Shown piece after piece: positions 1 through 9,658 of a DNA stretch of 64,000 bases. Each line of letters begins with the position of its first letter. The stretch's first letter is position 1. The notes under the pieces are model-generated. The model ran no database searches. It was not told where the DNA came from and worked only from the letters and a program-made list of their open reading frames with translations. Origin of the DNA: Candidatus Sungiibacteriota bacterium (GTDB lineage: Bacteria > Patescibacteriota > Minisyncoccia > Sungbacterales > HO2-52-23); contig CP066690.1 of the NCBI GenBank assembly GCA_016432465.1, positions 590,823 to 654,822 of the forward strand, in the 5' to 3' direction. Position numbers and translations under genes: made by a program.

Positions 1-2
1 AC

Positions 3-611
3 ATTCTTACCACCGATCACCTCTTGCTTCCATACCCAGCCATGATTCGCGACGCCAAAATTGTGGTTTATCACGGCAGTAGAGCATTAAAGGCTAAAGT
101 CTTGGTTCATAGCTACGTATATCGCCTTGCTATTTTGACGCTGGTTGATTCAGATTATGATGCGATCCCGGTAACGATTTCCAGCGAGCCGACAATCAAG
201 GGCTCAGAGGTATATATTGTAGGTAGCAGCCCTCTTGCTCAGCGCTATCAAAGGCCCGGAATTTTTTCCCTTGAACCGTCTATCTTAAAAAGAGTGGTGA
301 ACATGAGTGTTCCGTCTATGCTTAAAAAAGAGATTAATGGAAGTGTGACCTACTTGCCGGGGTACATGGCATTGATTGGAGGTGCAGAGTTTGGTTTTTC
401 CGGCGGTCCGGGCTTGGATGAGAATGGCAGACTGCAGAGTATAACAGAAGCTCTTAGCACCAACAATAGATTCACCTTTGTTATAGGCGGCACCGCTGTC
501 CTTGATTTTATAGAAGACGTTGCTCGTGAGTTAAGGAGTTCCGATACTGACAGTGAAGACGCCGCGTTTCTTGAAGACGCGCTGCTGAGTGCCTTGGAGC
601 AAGGAAGATAA
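3..611 (+). CDS. Trypsin-like (S1) serine protease family protein, 5' partial
   Basis: Frame is open to the window edge. ILTTDHL (His motif) and GFSGGP (Ser motif). Confidence 0.6.
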   Translation: MLTTDHLLLPYPAMIRDAKIVVYHGSRALKAKVLVHSYVYRLAILTLVDSDYDAIPVTISSEPTIKGSEVYIVGSSPLAQRYQRPGIFSLEPSILKRVVNMSVPSMLKKEINGSVTYLPGYMALIGGAEFGFSGGPGLDENGRLQSITEALSTNNRFTFVIGGTAVLDFIEDVARELRSSDTDSEDAAFLEDALLSALEQGR

Positions 612-670
612 GGCGGACCAATGTCCGCTATTTTTATTTTTTGTTTCCACAATTAGTTATGGAAACAAAA

Positions 671-828
671 AATAACCCCTCACCAATTTTGCCTATGTAT
701 AGATGTCATATATCTTTATTGGGTATGTGTATGAAAACACTTCACGAAGCGCGTGGCCGAATAGGCCAACCCTCAAGGGACGAAGCGCTTCGCCGCCTGC
801 CCTCCCGCAAAATTGGTGATGGGGTATT
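671..828. mobile_element. MITE-like element, family B copy 1
   Basis: Imperfect TIR CCCCTCACCAATTTTGC/GCAAAATTGGTGATGGGG. Core is homologous to the reverse complement of 40925-41076. Confidence 0.7.
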
Positions 829-837
829 CCACTAGAC

Positions 838-865
838 TTGACAGTCTTGGCGGCAGTGCTATACT
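838..865 (+). promoter_or_regulatory. Sigma70-type promoter
   Basis: TTGACA-16 bp-TATACT with extended TG. Confidence 0.7.
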
Positions 866-980
866 GGAGATAACCTATAGAAAGAAAAGGGCAAGGGTGA
901 AAACCCCCAGTCTATTCCTAGTAGGGATGGATTTTGGGTGTCGCTCTTGCTTTTTTTGTTCCTTGAAAAAGGAGAAAAAG

Positions 981-1799
981 ATGAAACTAGGACGGGCAGG
1001 GCCAAGAGGTTTTGTCATATCGGTATTTATGCTTTTCATGCTCTCCGGATGCGCTACCATTTCTTTGCCGCGTGATAACGAGCCTATGGGGTATGACTAC
1101 ACTAACGTCCTGATAAATCGTAGTAATTTTTCTCTTGAGCGCATGGCCGATTCCATAATTTCTTTGAGGACAGTGGCGGAGTTTAAAAAGGGAAACGGCG
1201 AGATCGTAAAACGGGAGAGTTTTGGATCGGGGATTGCTGTTTTGGATAAGTATATCATTACTTTGCATCATGTTGCCTTTATCAAGGCCTTAGAGTACAA
1301 CACGCCGTTTGGTGTATTAACTGAACCAGCCGAGAAGGTTTCAGAAAACTTGGTCTTAATAATTAATGGAAAGGAGTGGCCGTTGCAAAGGGCAATAATT
1401 TCCGAGAAAGAAGACGTCGCAATCTTTCTCTTGCCGCACGGAGTCAGTGTGCCGCAGTTTCCGCAACGGATTGGAAATAGTGATGACTTACGGATGGGCA
1501 ACTTTATTTACCTCATAGGAAATCCAATGAACGGTGGTATAAATGTGCGTGAAGGTATCGTGTCGGGTTTAAAACCCCCTGAAGCTTTGAAAGATGTGGC
1601 GCAACTTGAGAATATTTTTATGGTTTCTAACGGTCTTAATCCGGGGGACTCGGGCACGCCAATTATCGCTCTGCGTGATGGCAGCCCCGAGATTGTTGGC
1701 CTTGCACAGGGTACGGTTATGAATTCTCAGCGTATCGGATGGGCCATAAAGATTAATGTAATTAAAAAACTGATCAGAGAGTACGAAAATAAAAAATAA
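981..1799 (+). CDS. Lipoprotein trypsin-like serine protease
   Basis: SD AGGAG before ATG 981, lipobox LSGC, ITLHHV and NPGDSGTP motifs. Confidence 0.8.
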   Translation: MKLGRAGPRGFVISVFMLFMLSGCATISLPRDNEPMGYDYTNVLINRSNFSLERMADSIISLRTVAEFKKGNGEIVKRESFGSGIAVLDKYIITLHHVAFIKALEYNTPFGVLTEPAEKVSENLVLIINGKEWPLQRAIISEKEDVAIFLLPHGVSVPQFPQRIGNSDDLRMGNFIYLIGNPMNGGINVREGIVSGLKPPEALKDVAQLENIFMVSNGLNPGDSGTPIIALRDGSPEIVGLAQGTVMNSQRIGWAIKINVIKKLIREYENKK

Positions 1800-1802
1800 G
1801 TT

Positions 1803-3860
1803 TCAGTTCGGTACGGCCGCGTGAGCGGCCGATTTTTCTTGCTCAACTGACTCGGCAAGCATCTGGCAGTAAAGATTAAGGCCAACTTTATTAATGGCGC
1901 CCGACTGTTCACGTCCAAGAATATTGCCAGCCCCCCTGATCTCTAAATCCTTTAAAGCGATCTCATAACCAGCTCCAAGTTCGGAATATTCTTTTAGCGC
2001 CTCCAGCCGCTCGGCCGCTTTTTCAGTCCCTAGGCTTTCAGCCGGGATCCCGGCCCCGTTGGGCTTAGGGGTAAGGTGACGCGCCCGGTAAAGAAAATAG
2101 GCATAGGCTTTAGTGTCGCTCCTGCCTATTCTGCCCCGCAGCTGGTGCGCTTCGGCAAGGCCGAGGCGCGTGGCGTCATCCACTATAAGAGTGTTGGCTG
2201 AAGAGATATCCAGACCGTTTTCAATGATGGTTGTTGCGAGTAAAATAAGGATTTCTTTGTTTCTAAATTTATCCATCACACGCATAATTTCTTTTTCTTT
2301 CAGACGGCCGTGTACAACCCCGATTAGGGCGTCATTCTTACCTTTAAAGGCGATGCCCCGACGACAACTTGATGACAGAAGCCGTTTCAGTCTATCTCTG
2401 ACCACGTTGATCGTTTCTATTCTATTATGAAGAAAATACACCTGTCCTCCGCGGCCCAGTTCAAATTCAATTGCTCTTTTGATTGGGTTTTTAGAGTAAG
2501 GGAGGACAAACGTTTCAACCGGCAGACGCTCGGGCGGCGGTGTTGCAATTAGCGAAAGATCGCGGAGTTTAGCCAGTGCGAGAGAGAGCGTCCGTGGGAT
2601 GGGAGTTGCGGAAAGCGATAATATATCTACTTCGGCGCGAAGTTCTTTGAAGCGTTCTTTTTGTTTTACACCAAAGCGCTGCTCCTCGTCTATAATTACC
2701 AGCCCCAAATTTTTAAATACCGTGTCTTTGGAAAGAATTCGGTGGGTACCTATAACACAATCAACCCGCCCCTCTTTAACTTCCTGCAAAATTTTTTTCT
2801 CGTCACAGCTTGGCGTTATTCTGGATAGCATTTCACACTCAACAGCCAGATCTTTAAACCGTTCACAGAAAGTTTTTTTGTGCTGTGCTGCCAACACAGT
2901 GGTAGGCGCAAGAAGCGCCACCTGTTTGCCGGAGCAGACTACGCGCAGTGCTGCGCGCAGCGCAAGTTCTGTTTTTCCAAAACCAACATCTCCGCACAAA
3001 ATTCTGTCCATGGGCCGTGATTTTTCAAGGTCATGCAGAATTTCTCCCTCTGCTTTTAGTTGATCTTCTGTTTCTTGATAGGGAAAGGTGTATTTTAGTT
3101 CTTTTTCAAGCAGCGGATCGCCATAATAAGGGGGTCGCTCGGCGTGTTGGCGCGTGGTGTAGAGCTTCAAAAGTTCCTGTGCAAGTTTTTGGGCGTCCTC
3201 CCGGGCCTTGCGTTTGGTGGTCTCCCACAGCGTTCCACCCAGACGGTGTATGCGGGGTGTTTCAAAACCAACGTAAGGCGAAAGGCGGTTTTTTTGATCC
3301 ACGGATACCAGCAAACGGTCTGGTGCAGACCTCATAGAAGGAGGGGCGTACTCTATTACAAAAAATTTTTCAGCGCCTTCCTCTTGGATTCCTTGAAAAA
3401 TTCCAATGCCGTGGTCAACATGCACCACAAAGTTTCCCGGCAGTAATTTTTCTAGGGATCTTGAAGCTGAAAACCTCGGTTTAATTTTTTCTTGCGATTC
3501 TTCCCGCTCCTTGAGGGCGGTGATGCAGTTTCCGTGAAATTCCACGAGATATGGTTTGTTGGTATTGACCGGCCAAATTTCAATAACACCTCCGCGCACC
3601 GCAAATAAACCTCTGCCTGCCACCGAGGCGCTGCGCTCGTACCCAAAATTAGCCACTTGTCTTATAAATTCTCCCGGACGGAGTACAAGATCTTTCTCTA
3701 AAATTACAGCATTTTCACGCCACCACGGATTTATCAGGCGCGCTTTTTTTATGGCCGCGAAGTTTTCTTCAAACCACAAAGCGCCCCGTTCCAAATTCAG
3801 GGGGGTAAGGGAAACGATCAAAAGTTCTTCAGCGTTCTTTTCGGTGCGGTCGTTTGACAT
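1803..3860 (-). CDS. mfd: Transcription-repair coupling factor, shortened (685 aa)
   Basis: CarD/RID motif [45 protein letters not shown]. Confidence 0.9.
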   Translation of the reverse strand: MSNDRTEKNAEELLIVSLTPLNLERGALWFEENFAAIKKARLINPWWRENAVILEKDLVLRPGEFIRQVANFGYERSASVAGRGLFAVRGGVIEIWPVNTNKPYLVEFHGNCITALKEREESQEKIKPRFSASRSLEKLLPGNFVVHVDHGIGIFQGIQEEGAEKFFVIEYAPPSMRSAPDRLLVSVDQKNRLSPYVGFETPRIHRLGGTLWETTKRKAREDAQKLAQELLKLYTTRQHAERPPYYGDPLLEKELKYTFPYQETEDQLKAEGEILHDLEKSRPMDRILCGDVGFGKTELALRAALRVVCSGKQVALLAPTTVLAAQHKKTFCERFKDLAVECEMLSRITPSCDEKKILQEVKEGRVDCVIGTHRILSKDTVFKNLGLVIIDEEQRFGVKQKERFKELRAEVDILSLSATPIPRTLSLALAKLRDLSLIATPPPERLPVETFVLPYSKNPIKRAIEFELGRGGQVYFLHNRIETINVVRDRLKRLLSSSCRRGIAFKGKNDALIGVVHGRLKEKEIMRVMDKFRNKEILILLATTIIENGLDISSANTLIVDDATRLGLAEAHQLRGRIGRSDTKAYAYFLYRARHLTPKPNGAGIPAESLGTEKAAERLEALKEYSELGAGYEIALKDLEIRGAGNILGREQSGAINKVGLNLYCQMLAESVEQEKSAAHAAVPN

Positions 3861-3914
3861 TTTGTATATAAAAATAATACTCTAATTCCAGAGATCTTTT
3901 CAAGGGACCAAAGG

Positions 3915-4228
3915 GTGGACACCAAAAAGCCGGGTAAGGAAATTTATATTTCGATTGATGTGGAAACCGCCGGCAGAATTCCGCCTGATTTTAGTATGTT
4001 GTCGCTTGGAGCCTGCGTGGTTTACGAAACCTCAAAAATTTTTATAGAGAGCTTGCGCCGTTGAATAATAATTACGTGCCCGAGGCTTTGGCTGTCTGCG
4101 GCCTTGATTTTGCAAAATTAAAAGCAACAGGGCAGGATCCTTGTTGGGCAATGTTCGCTGCCATTGAGCAGGCCCAGCTTTTTGCCGCTCTGCTGGAGTT
4201 TCAGAAAAAAATCCGCGCCAAAGATTGA
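3915..4228 (+). pseudogene. DEDDh 3'-5' exonuclease pseudogene
   Basis: [10 protein letters not shown] motif. Frameshift in the A5T5 run near 4040, then an apparent internal deletion joining to C-terminal AIEQAQLF. Confidence 0.7.
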
Positions 4229-4232
4229 ATCG

Positions 4233-4261
4233 TTGACAAAGTCCACCAGTAATCTTATACT
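4233..4261 (+). promoter_or_regulatory. Sigma70 promoter
   Basis: TTGACA-17-TATACT. Confidence 0.75.
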
Positions 4262-4300
4262 GCCTTTACACCCTAAAGAAGGGTAAGGAGGACAGGCCAA

Positions 4301-4660
4301 GTGAAAAAATGGGCAGGTGTGGCATTCTTAACTTTGATAATTGCTCTTTTCGCAGCTGGCGCGTATGCGTCTGGCCCACCACTACCGGATTATGAGAATT
4401 GGCCGAGCGCAAATATGGTCGTAGTCGCCGAAGATCCGGTAGTCATAGGCATTTTCTATTATGATAGTTTTGATAAAGCTTTACTGAAAAATCTTATTTT
4501 TGAGGTTCAGGCAGAAAAAGACGATCAACCCTTCGTCATTGGGTGGCTTGAGATTCTTGAGAAAGACGGAAAGGGAGAACCAACCGTTGGTGTTATACGA
4601 CAATACTGGTTGAGGGATGGGGACTATGTTCTTGAAGAAGAAAGGTTTGTCAGTTGGTAA
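4301..4660 (+). CDS. Hypothetical exported protein
   Basis: SD AAGGAGG, signal peptide ending AYA, own promoter and terminator. Confidence 0.75.
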   Translation: MKKWAGVAFLTLIIALFAAGAYASGPPLPDYENWPSANMVVVAEDPVVIGIFYYDSFDKALLKNLIFEVQAEKDDQPFVIGWLEILEKDGKGEPTVGVIRQYWLRDGDYVLEEERFVSW

Positions 4661-4713
4661 TAAGATAAGTCCGCTCACCAGAGCGGATTTTATAATTTTA
4701 AGCACCTAATTTG

Positions 4714-5265
4714 TTAGTGGTTATAATTATTCATGGCCTGCTCCGGCCCTCTTGTCAGAGCCTCTTCCAAAGCGCTGGCCGTCTTTTTTATAATTTTTCT
4801 GACCAGCCGCACCTCCTCCGGCGCCCATTTTTTTAAAACCAGTTTTTCCGCCGGGATATCGCGTCTAGCCGCAATGCCGATTCTAAAACGCCAAAAATCG
4901 CGGGTTTTGAGAACGCGCATCACGGATTCTACACCTTTATGTCCGGCCGAATGTTTTCCGAAAGAAAGTTTGGCATGTCCCAGAGGCAAATCCGCATCGT
5001 CATGCACCACGAAAATCTGTTTTGTTTTTACTTTAAAAAGTCTGGCGGCCGGCCCAACTGCGTTTCCGGACTTATTCATAAAAGTTTCAGGAAGCAGCAG
5101 GACCGCTTTTTTATTTTTGGAGACAAGCGCCTTAAATTTTTTGTTTAATTCAAAATCAGCCAGACCCGCCTTTTTCTGCCAGTCCGCTACAATTTCGCGT
5201 CCAACATTATGGCGCGTGTTTTTAAATTGTTCTCCCGGGTTTCCGAGACCAACAATAAGAATCAT
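4714..5265 (-). CDS. pth: Peptidyl-tRNA hydrolase
   Basis: IVGLGNPG, TRHNVG, PETFMNKSG, HDD, GHKG. Confidence 0.97.
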   Translation of the reverse strand: MILIVGLGNPGEQFKNTRHNVGREIVADWQKKAGLADFELNKKFKALVSKNKKAVLLLPETFMNKSGNAVGPAARLFKVKTKQIFVVHDDADLPLGHAKLSFGKHSAGHKGVESVMRVLKTRDFWRFRIGIAARRDIPAEKLVLKKWAPEEVRLVRKIIKKTASALEEALTRGPEQAMNNYNH

Positions 5266-5303
5266 GTGCTTGCCAAACGCTTAAAAATAACTATAATATA
5301 TGT

Positions 5304-5885
5304 ATGACCGAAACACAAGAAAACCCTAACAACCGTTGGGGACGTGAAATTTTGGAAATTATTAAGGTGCTCGTGATTTCGCTTGCGATTGTCCTACCCA
5401 TCCGTTACTACATTGCCCAGCCCTTTATTGTGCGCGGCGCCTCCATGGAGCCGAATTTCCACGACAAGGAATATCTGATAGTTGACGAAGTGTCCTATCT
5501 TCTGCAAGAACCAAAACGCGGAGAAGCCATAGTATTTCGTTATCCTCTGGGCCCAAGACAGTTTTTCATTAAAAGAATCATCGGTCTTCCCGGAGAAGGG
5601 GTAGATATTAAAAACGGCAGGGTAAGGGTTATAAATAATGCTTACCCCGAGGGATTTGTGCTGGAGGAACCGTATCTGACACCACCGGGTCGGGCGACGC
5701 GGCCTGATTTGCGTATAAAACTTGCCCAAGGGGAGTATTTTGTTATGGGAGACAACCGCGACTTCAGTTCTGACTCCCGAGTGTGGGGAACTCTAAACAA
5801 AAAATTTATTGTGGGGCGTGCCCTCTTCCGCGCCCTGCCCGTTACGAGTCTTGGGTTTGTTGCTAACTACGCGGTTGATTACTAA
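5304..5885 (+). CDS. lepB: Signal peptidase I
   Basis: GASMEPN, FIKRIIGLPGE, GDNRDFSSDSR. Confidence 0.95.
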   Translation: MTETQENPNNRWGREILEIIKVLVISLAIVLPIRYYIAQPFIVRGASMEPNFHDKEYLIVDEVSYLLQEPKRGEAIVFRYPLGPRQFFIKRIIGLPGEGVDIKNGRVRVINNAYPEGFVLEEPYLTPPGRATRPDLRIKLAQGEYFVMGDNRDFSSDSRVWGTLNKKFIVGRALFRALPVTSLGFVANYAVDY

Positions 5886-5897
5886 AGATATTTAAAT

Positions 5898-7205
5898 ATG
5901 CCCAAAACAAAACTGGTTCTAAAAGAATTAATAGCCAACCTTGATAGCGTTCCGCAGTATGAACAGTTTCTGGAAAAGTTGCGCAAGTCTCTCCGGTCCT
6001 TGGCTGAATTTTACGGATTTGAGCCCATGGCCACTGCCCCGTTTGAGGATGTGCGGGTTTTTTATCCTCTGATGAAGGCCGGTTTTTTTGAGGAACGTAT
6101 CCCGGTAATTTGTAAAATGCGTACCGGATCGGAGGTTTTACTGCGCCCCTCCGGGGCGTTGGGCGCTGTCCGCGCCTATACCACCCATAAACTATCAGAA
6201 CTACCCAGTCCTTTAAAAGTTAGTTTTTCCGGTGATAGTTTTTTTCAAGCACAGAAGCGTGACGAAAAAATAACCAGTTTAAAGGAGTGCGGATTAGTTA
6301 TGATTGGCGAGGAGGGACCCGTAGCCGAGGCCGAAATAATACAAGTAATTTGGAAATCTTTGGGGGGTATAGGTATGGACATGAAAAATCTTCAGGTCCG
6401 GCTTAATGCCACGGGTTGTCAGATCTGCCGGCCCTATTTCCGCTCTGCCTTTGGGACATACTTTCGGAGCCGGGCCCAGCGTCTTTGTAAAAACTGTAAG
6501 CGTTTTTTCAAAAGAACGCCAACCAAAATTCTTGTTTGTGAAGACGAGAAATGCAAAATAGTTTCGCGCAGCGCTCCGCCGGTACTTGATTTTCTGTGTG
6601 CTTTGTGCAAAAAACACCTGAAGGGGCTTCTGGAGTTCTTGGATGAAGTTAGTGTTCCATATTTCCTTGACCCCAAGTTATTTAGGGAGGGATCGTGGTT
6701 TAACTCTTTTATTTTTGAGGTGGTGGCGGTTAAAGACCTGAACGAATTAAATAAAAACGGAGGTGATGCGGGGTGGGTGTTGGCTGAAGGGGGGCTGCTG
6801 TCGCGTGCAGCCGAAGCACTTTCTGGTAAAAAACTTGATGTCGCAGCAGGAGTCATTAGTCTTGAGGCTGTTTACGGGTTACTTTCTGCCGAATCCGGTC
6901 TGGTTGGCATAGAAAAGCCAAAAGTTTTTCTTGCGCACTTGGGAGAGCTTGCTAAACGACGGGGTCTGTTTCTGCTTGAGGGATTGCGGGCCGGAGGTAT
7001 TGAGGTTCGCGAGTCGCTGGGACGAGACGCCATAAAATCACAACTGAAAGTTGCTGAACGTCTGGAGGCAGAGATTGCTTTAATTCTTGGACAAAAGGAA
7101 GCTTTAGACAACACTATTATTGTGCGTGAGGTTGCTTCTGGGGCCCAGGAGACAATCCCACAAGAGAAACTTGTAGAGTTTTTGAAAAAGAAGTTAAAGA
7201 AGTGA
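5898..7205 (+). CDS. Histidyl-tRNA synthetase-like paralog with degenerate catalytic motifs
   Basis: HisRS layout (YGF, LRP, Cys-rich insertion, C-terminal anticodon domain KSQLKVA) without a recognisable motif 2. Confidence 0.75.
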   Translation: MPKTKLVLKELIANLDSVPQYEQFLEKLRKSLRSLAEFYGFEPMATAPFEDVRVFYPLMKAGFFEERIPVICKMRTGSEVLLRPSGALGAVRAYTTHKLSELPSPLKVSFSGDSFFQAQKRDEKITSLKECGLVMIGEEGPVAEAEIIQVIWKSLGGIGMDMKNLQVRLNATGCQICRPYFRSAFGTYFRSRAQRLCKNCKRFFKRTPTKILVCEDEKCKIVSRSAPPVLDFLCALCKKHLKGLLEFLDEVSVPYFLDPKLFREGSWFNSFIFEVVAVKDLNELNKNGGDAGWVLAEGGLLSRAAEALSGKKLDVAAGVISLEAVYGLLSAESGLVGIEKPKVFLAHLGELAKRRGLFLLEGLRAGGIEVRESLGRDAIKSQLKVAERLEAEIALILGQKEALDNTIIVREVASGAQETIPQEKLVEFLKKKLKK

Positions 7206-7211
7206 ACCCGT

Positions 7212-7559
7212 ATGGACTGTATCTTTTGTAAAATCTCAAAAGGTGAAGTAAGCTCCGAAGTTGTCTTTGAGGATGACGATGTTAAGGTTTTTAAAGATAT
7301 TCATCCCAAGGCTCCGGTGCATCTTTTGGTCATCCCCAAAATTCATATCCAGTCCATCGCGCATCTTGAGGCAGACCACAGTGACGTAATTACGAAGTTG
7401 ATATATACTGCCAAAAAAATTGCCGGAGACCTGGGTCTTAAGGGGTATAAACTGATTTTTAATGTGGGGCGCGAGGGCGGGCAGGTAGTTGACCATCTGC
7501 ACCTGCATATTTTGGGTGGCTGGTCGAACATAGAAGACCCGGATAAGTTTAGAGTTTAA
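7212..7559 (+). CDS. HIT family nucleotide hydrolase
   Basis: DCIFCKI, HLHLHILGG. Confidence 0.95.
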   Translation: MDCIFCKISKGEVSSEVVFEDDDVKVFKDIHPKAPVHLLVIPKIHIQSIAHLEADHSDVITKLIYTAKKIAGDLGLKGYKLIFNVGREGGQVVDHLHLHILGGWSNIEDPDKFRV

Positions 7560-7576
7560 AGTTAAATTAACAGGTT

Positions 7577-7804
7577 ATGGTAGAAGTCAGAAAAAGAGAA
7601 CACGAAACCACCGGAGCAATGCTCCGAAGATTCACCCGAAGGGTACAGCGCTCGGGGGTTTTGATAAATGCCCGTAAGACAAGATTTTATGTGCCCAAGC
7701 CCAAGAGGCGTTTTATTAGAGAACGGGCCCTCCGGCGCATACAGACCGCAAAAGAGCGCGAGCGTTTGGAGAAATTAGGAAAGTTAAAAGAAGGAGAGAG
7801 GTAA
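7577..7804 (+). CDS. rpsU: 30S ribosomal protein bS21
   Basis: VEVRKRE..MLRRFTRRV, and position before yqeY. Confidence 0.85.
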   Translation: MVEVRKREHETTGAMLRRFTRRVQRSGVLINARKTRFYVPKPKRRFIRERALRRIQTAKERERLEKLGKLKEGER

Positions 7805-7805
7805 G

Positions 7806-7863
7806 ATGACGTGGCCTCCCGTCTACGGGCAGGCCTCGCTAATATAATTTGGTCTCGTCATGA
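7806..7863. repeat. 50-bp palindromic insert flanked by an ATGA duplication
   Basis: ATGA at 7806-7809 and 7860-7863. Internal hairpin GGCCTCCCGTCTACGGGCAGGCC. Confidence 0.55.
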
Positions 7864-8330
7864 ATCTCAAGCAAAAAATTGAACAGGATATAAAAGAGGC
7901 TATGCGTTCCAAAGACGAGCTTCGTTTATCGGTTTTACGGATGCTATCCTCCGCGATTCACAATAAAGAGCTTGAAAAGCGCGCGAAAAGCGGAAAAGTA
8001 GAAGAGTTGATGGAAGAGGAAGTCGTGGCGGTTTTGCGCTCCGAAGTTAAAAAACGGCGTGATGCCATAAGCGAGTTTGAAAAAGGCGGCCGGAAAGATT
8101 TGGTTGAAAAAGAAACTGCTGAATTAAAAATTTTGGAGGAATATTTGCCCTCCGAACTTCCCGACGAGGAAATAGAAAAAATTGTAAAAGAGGTAATTGC
8201 GGGAATTGGCGAGGTTGCTCCAAAAGATTTCGGCCGCGTAATGGGAGAGGTAATGAAGAGAGTTAAGGGTCAGGCGAGCGGGGAGCGAGTAAGCGAGGCC
8301 GTCCGTCAACTACTCGGTATCCAACCTTGA
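7860..8330 (+). CDS. GatB/YqeY domain protein
   Basis: KEAMRSKD..LSVLRML, EVKKRRDA..F..GGR, DFGRVMG. Confidence 0.92.
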   Translation: MNLKQKIEQDIKEAMRSKDELRLSVLRMLSSAIHNKELEKRAKSGKVEELMEEEVVAVLRSEVKKRRDAISEFEKGGRKDLVEKETAELKILEEYLPSELPDEEIEKIVKEVIAGIGEVAPKDFGRVMGEVMKRVKGQASGERVSEAVRQLLGIQP

Positions 8331-8361
8331 ATTATATGTAAGGATATGCTATCTTTGAGCT

Positions 8362-8586
8362 ATGAGCGTAATTACTATTCCCAAAAAAGAATATCGGATA
8401 CTGCTTGACGCGAAGTTAAGATATGAGTATTTGCGGCAGGTTATGGAAAAGGATATTTTTTCGCCTCCACCGACTAAAAAAATAACGGAAGTATTGGGGG
8501 CGTTTCGCGCGACCAAGAAATACAACCAGAAGTTTTTGAAGAGCTTGGGGCGAGGACTCCGGCGTTCCTCATATTTTAGAACATGA
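8362..8586 (+). CDS. Putative antitoxin
   Basis: Small ORF with ATGA overlap onto a RelE-like toxin. Confidence 0.65.
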   Translation: MSVITIPKKEYRILLDAKLRYEYLRQVMEKDIFSPPPTKKITEVLGAFRATKKYNQKFLKSLGRGLRRSSYFRT

Positions 8587-8831
8587 ATATTCTCCAAATT
8601 CATCAGGGGATTTTGGAGTATGTGAGAAAGAGGGGGTTTGAAGCGAAGTTTCGAAAACAGTGCTTGATATTTGCGCAAAATCCCTTTCATCCGGGCCTTG
8701 ATACTAAACTGCTGGAGCCGTCCAAGATGCGGATTTGGAGTTTCCGAATTGACCGGAAGTACCGGGCAATTTTTATTTTCCGGGGAAAAGATACGATTGA
8801 GATTATTGATGTAAATAATCACTATCAATAA
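8583..8831 (+). CDS. RelE/YoeB-like type II toxin
   Basis: NPFHPGL, WSFRIDRKYRAIF, C-terminal NHY. Confidence 0.8.
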   Translation: MNILQIHQGILEYVRKRGFEAKFRKQCLIFAQNPFHPGLDTKLLEPSKMRIWSFRIDRKYRAIFIFRGKDTIEIIDVNNHYQ

Positions 8832-8869
8832 GGTAGAAATAAAAAAGTGCGCAGAGCGCACGACGATGT

Positions 8870-9250
8870 TTATCCGCAAGGAAAGTAATTAATAAAACTG
8901 CTTGAACCCCGGATGACGACAGATAGGGTTTGAACTTTGGTTTTTCCTCCGTCGCATAATACCTGCGTAGCGCGAATTCTCCATTTTCCTGGAGGCACGA
9001 GGCGCTTAAAATAGATTTTGCCGCTTCTGTCGGTAACGTACTGTATCGACGTGGTGCCATCTTCTGTCTCAAGCCTGATGCTTTCCCTGGAGATAGGAAC
9101 TGGAGGATTGTCGGAGCTTAGAACCTGAATTGTTACTTTTTCTGCAACACGTTCTTCTGTTTTAAATAACGAGTTAATAACGATTGGGCCAAAAGCGGCT
9201 ATAATAAGAAACCCCAGGATCCATATAAAAACCCGAGCCATGTCTTTCAT
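8870..9250 (-). CDS. Hypothetical membrane-anchored protein
   Basis: N-terminal TM helix and beta-rich C-terminus. Start uncertain. Confidence 0.6.
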   Translation of the reverse strand: MKDMARVFIWILGFLIIAAFGPIVINSLFKTEERVAEKVTIQVLSSDNPPVPISRESIRLETEDGTTSIQYVTDRSGKIYFKRLVPPGKWRIRATQVLCDGGKTKVQTLSVVIRGSSSFINYFPCG

Positions 9251-9280
9251 TTGTCCACCTTTGTCCAATGAGCCAAATTT

Positions 9281-9658
9281 ATGGTAGTTTTATTTAGAAA
9301 ATTTGTCAACCTACTACCAGAATCTATTCGTGGGAAGTTGCCAAGAAAGGTAGTTGTTGAAGAGATTTCATTGCAGGAGGCGCAGAGGCTTAATCGTTTA
9401 TACCGCCGGAAAAACAAGCCCGCCAACGTCCTTTCTTTTCGTTACGCCGACGATTATGGTGAAATCCTCGTATGTTCTGCGGTTATTCGCCGCGAGGCCA
9501 AAAAGCAAGGGAATTCCTATAAATACCAGATGACATGGATGATAGTTCATGGTATGTTACATTTGGCGGGGTTGCATCACGAAAAGTCAAAGATCATTGC
9601 TGAGAGAACGAAGGCGCTTGAAGAAAAAATCTTGAAGAAAGTATGGCTAGAAACCTAA
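9281..9658 (+). CDS. ybeY: rRNA maturation endoribonuclease YbeY
   Basis: LNRLYRRKNKPANVLSF, HGMLHLAGLHH. Confidence 0.93.
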   Translation: MVVLFRKFVNLLPESIRGKLPRKVVVEEISLQEAQRLNRLYRRKNKPANVLSFRYADDYGEILVCSAVIRREAKKQGNSYKYQMTWMIVHGMLHLAGLHHEKSKIIAERTKALEEKILKKVWLET

